From Methyloligellaceae bacterium (GTDB lineage: Bacteria > Pseudomonadota > Alphaproteobacteria > Rhizobiales > CBDHHC01): DNA of 64,000 bases. The notes under the pieces are model-generated. The model did no database searches. It was not told the origin of the DNA and worked only from the letters and a program-made list of their open reading frames with translations. The position numbers and the translations under genes are program-made. The stretch covers positions 8,202 through 72,201 of the forward strand of contig JBOEGA010000050.1 of the NCBI GenBank assembly GCA_050633205.1, in the 5' to 3' direction. Of this stretch, positions 62,038-64,000 are shown piece after piece (the first letter of the stretch is position 1; each line of letters begins with the position of its first letter).

Positions 62038-63822
62038 ATGTACAAATTTTTGTATCTAAAAACTATCCTAACCGTTTTTATTTTTACCGCTTTTTCTTCA
62101 GTTGTATCCGCTCAGGACAAGCCAAACACCCCGGCAAAAGAGGCCGAGACCAAAGAACAACAGGCTGCCCCCGAGAAAGATACGGGTAAATCCAAAGCCA
62201 AGCTCGTCCGAGCTGAAAAATATATGATTGTTACTGCCAATCCTCATGCCACAAAAGCAGGTAATGAGATCCTCAAGGCCGGCGGCAGTGCCGTTGACGC
62301 CATGATTGCAGCGCAACTGGTGCTAAATCTGACAGAACCACAATCATCCGGCATTGGTGGTGGTGCATTTCTTGTTCACTGGAGCCAAAAAGACAAGAAG
62401 CTTCAGACATATGATGGTCGGGAAACAGCTCCTGCTTCTGTAAAGAGCAGCCATTTTCTTGATGAGAGTGGAAAGCCACTTGGGTTTGCCGAAGCAATTG
62501 GCAAAGGGCTGGGGATAGGTGTTCCCGGTATTGTCAGGCTTATGGAACATACACATAAAAAGCATGGCAAACTGGAATGGAAGAAGCTGTTTGAACCCGC
62601 GATTGAGCTTTCCGAAAAAGGATTTGCCGTTTCTCCCCGTTTGAATAAGTTACTGAGCAAGGCAAAGCCTGAGCGTTTCGGCCCCAAAGCCCGGACCTAT
62701 TTCTATGATGAGGCAGGAAAAGCAAGACCTGAAGGATATATTCTGAAAAATCCTGAGTTTGCGGCCTCTCTGAAACTTACCGCTGAAAACGGAGCCAAAG
62801 CATTTTATGAAGGGACAATTGCCAAATCTCTTGTTGAGACGGTAAAGGATTTCAGCAAAGGCAAAAATGGCATGTCAGAAAAAGATCTTTCCTCCTATGT
62901 GGTCAAGGAAAGAGAACCGGTATGTGTGAAATACCGCAAGCACAAGGTTTGTGGGATGGGGCCTCCATCATCGGGCGCACACACTATCGGAATGGTACTG
63001 AAACTTATTGAGCCTTATAATTTAAAAGCAGGTGCCAGCAGCCATCAGGTTCTTCATTTAATTGCTGAAGCCGAAAAGCTTGCATATGCGGACAGAGGCC
63101 AATATATGGCTGATACCGATTTCGTACCGCTACCTTCTGCATTGCTTGATAAAAAATATCTTGAAAAACGAAGAAAGCTTATCAATCGTACCAAGACGAT
63201 GGCCAAGGCCAGCCCCGGACAGCCGGAGGTCAAGAAAGGCCTTTACGGACGGGATGCAACGGTTGAAAGACCTGGAACAAGCCATCTGTCAATCATTGAC
63301 GCTGAAGGTAATGCTGTTTCGATGACAAGTTCTATTGAAACAGGTTTTGGTACGGGTGTTATGGTTGGTGGTTTCCTCCTGAATAATCAACTTACGGATT
63401 TTTCTTTTAAGCCAACTGATGCTAAAGGCGTTGTCATTGCCAACCGTATAGAGGCTGGTAAACGGCCACGCTCTTCGATGTCTCCTACTATTGTTTTTAA
63501 TAATGAAGGAGAGGTTGTTCTTATTGTCGGATCTCCGGGAGGCAGCAGAATAATTCTTTATGTGCTGAAGACTATTATTGCCATGGTTGACTGGGGAATG
63601 GATCAGCAGGCTGCAGTTGAGCTGGCGAATTTCGGATCACGCAATGGACCATTTGAAATGGAAAGCCCGGGAAACTCTATGACAAGGCTGTTTTTACAGT
63701 CATTTGGTCATAAAGTCAGACTCGTACCGATGACCAGCGGCCTTCATGTTATCTTGAAGTCTGGTGGAATTTTGTATAGTGGTGTGGATCCACGTCGTGA
63801 AGGAATGGCTCTGGGGGAGTAA
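62038..63822 (+). CDS. ggt: Gamma-glutamyltransferase
   Basis: 594 aa with a signal peptide. The autoprocessing and nucleophile region reads ..PGTSHLSIIDAEGNAVSMTSSIE..; ..GSPGGSRII.. lies downstream. Confidence 0.9.
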   Translation: MYKFLYLKTILTVFIFTAFSSVVSAQDKPNTPAKEAETKEQQAAPEKDTGKSKAKLVRAEKYMIVTANPHATKAGNEILKAGGSAVDAMIAAQLVLNLTEPQSSGIGGGAFLVHWSQKDKKLQTYDGRETAPASVKSSHFLDESGKPLGFAEAIGKGLGIGVPGIVRLMEHTHKKHGKLEWKKLFEPAIELSEKGFAVSPRLNKLLSKAKPERFGPKARTYFYDEAGKARPEGYILKNPEFAASLKLTAENGAKAFYEGTIAKSLVETVKDFSKGKNGMSEKDLSSYVVKEREPVCVKYRKHKVCGMGPPSSGAHTIGMVLKLIEPYNLKAGASSHQVLHLIAEAEKLAYADRGQYMADTDFVPLPSALLDKKYLEKRRKLINRTKTMAKASPGQPEVKKGLYGRDATVERPGTSHLSIIDAEGNAVSMTSSIETGFGTGVMVGGFLLNNQLTDFSFKPTDAKGVVIANRIEAGKRPRSSMSPTIVFNNEGEVVLIVGSPGGSRIILYVLKTIIAMVDWGMDQQAAVELANFGSRNGPFEMESPGNSMTRLFLQSFGHKVRLVPMTSGLHVILKSGGILYSGVDPRREGMALGE

Positions 63823-63834
63823 TCTCCCCCTTTT
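63813..63834 (+). terminator. Compact intrinsic terminator overlapping the ggt stop codon
   Basis: Stem GGGGGAG/CTCCCCC with loop TAAT (containing the TAA stop), followed by TTTT. Confidence 0.55.
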
Positions 63835-63876
63835 CGGGGCATGACAGGCACTTAACCACCAATGAGAGAAATAAAA

Positions 63877-64000
63877 ATGATGCAAAACGTTAAAACGATT
63901 TTGCTGGCTATAGCTATTGTTTTATGCACAGCGGTCTCTGCCCAGACTGCAGATATAGCAAGTTCATTTATTGAAAAAACAAAGCAGAAACTGGAAACTT
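63877..64000 (+). CDS. 5' end of an exported protein (runs out of the window)
   Basis: ATGATG start follows GAGAGAAATAAAA. Signal-peptide-like MMQNVKTILLAIAIVLCTAVSAQTA. Confidence 0.4.
   Translation, partial: MMQNVKTILLAIAIVLCTAVSAQTADIASSFIEKTKQKLET

Overview
Chromosomal segment that looks alphaproteobacterial, judged from protein families and gene order only. It is centred on a minus-strand replication and housekeeping block: rpsT, a rhodanese gene, then dnaA-dnaN-recF-gyrB (28.4-36.6 kb). Flanking genes include a polyprenyl synthase, scoAB CoA-transferase, an AsmA-like protein, a TauE/TIGR02186 pair, a PodJ-like polarity factor, an ExbB-ExbD-ExbD-TonB system and gamma-glutamyltransferase. 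There is also an acyl-CoA catabolic cluster (46.8-51.8 kb) and a two-component/c-di-GMP signalling cluster (51.9-58.8 kb). I saw no rRNA, tRNA, CRISPR array, transposase, integrase or recognisable defence genes. The most unusual items are listed here. (1) A tandem pair of divergent heme-copper-oxidase subunit I-like genes (566-3487) appears to keep only the low-spin heme ligands and has no partner subunits nearby. (2) Two unrelated genes are each interrupted by one clean in-frame TAG (1160-1162 and 46017-46019). (3) A split kinase plus acyl-CoA dehydrogenase plus SDR set resembles lva / ACAD10-11 4-hydroxyacyl-CoA chemistry. (4) An AT-rich islet (17.2-19.8 kb) carries a terminator-backed 29-codon ORF and an orphan secreted basic protein. 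(5) Three long non-coding spacers carry hairpins, palindromes or DnaA-box-like motifs (35.66-36.33, 36.77-37.18 and 38.86-39.42 kb). All family assignments come from motif recognition by eye and none is database-verified.
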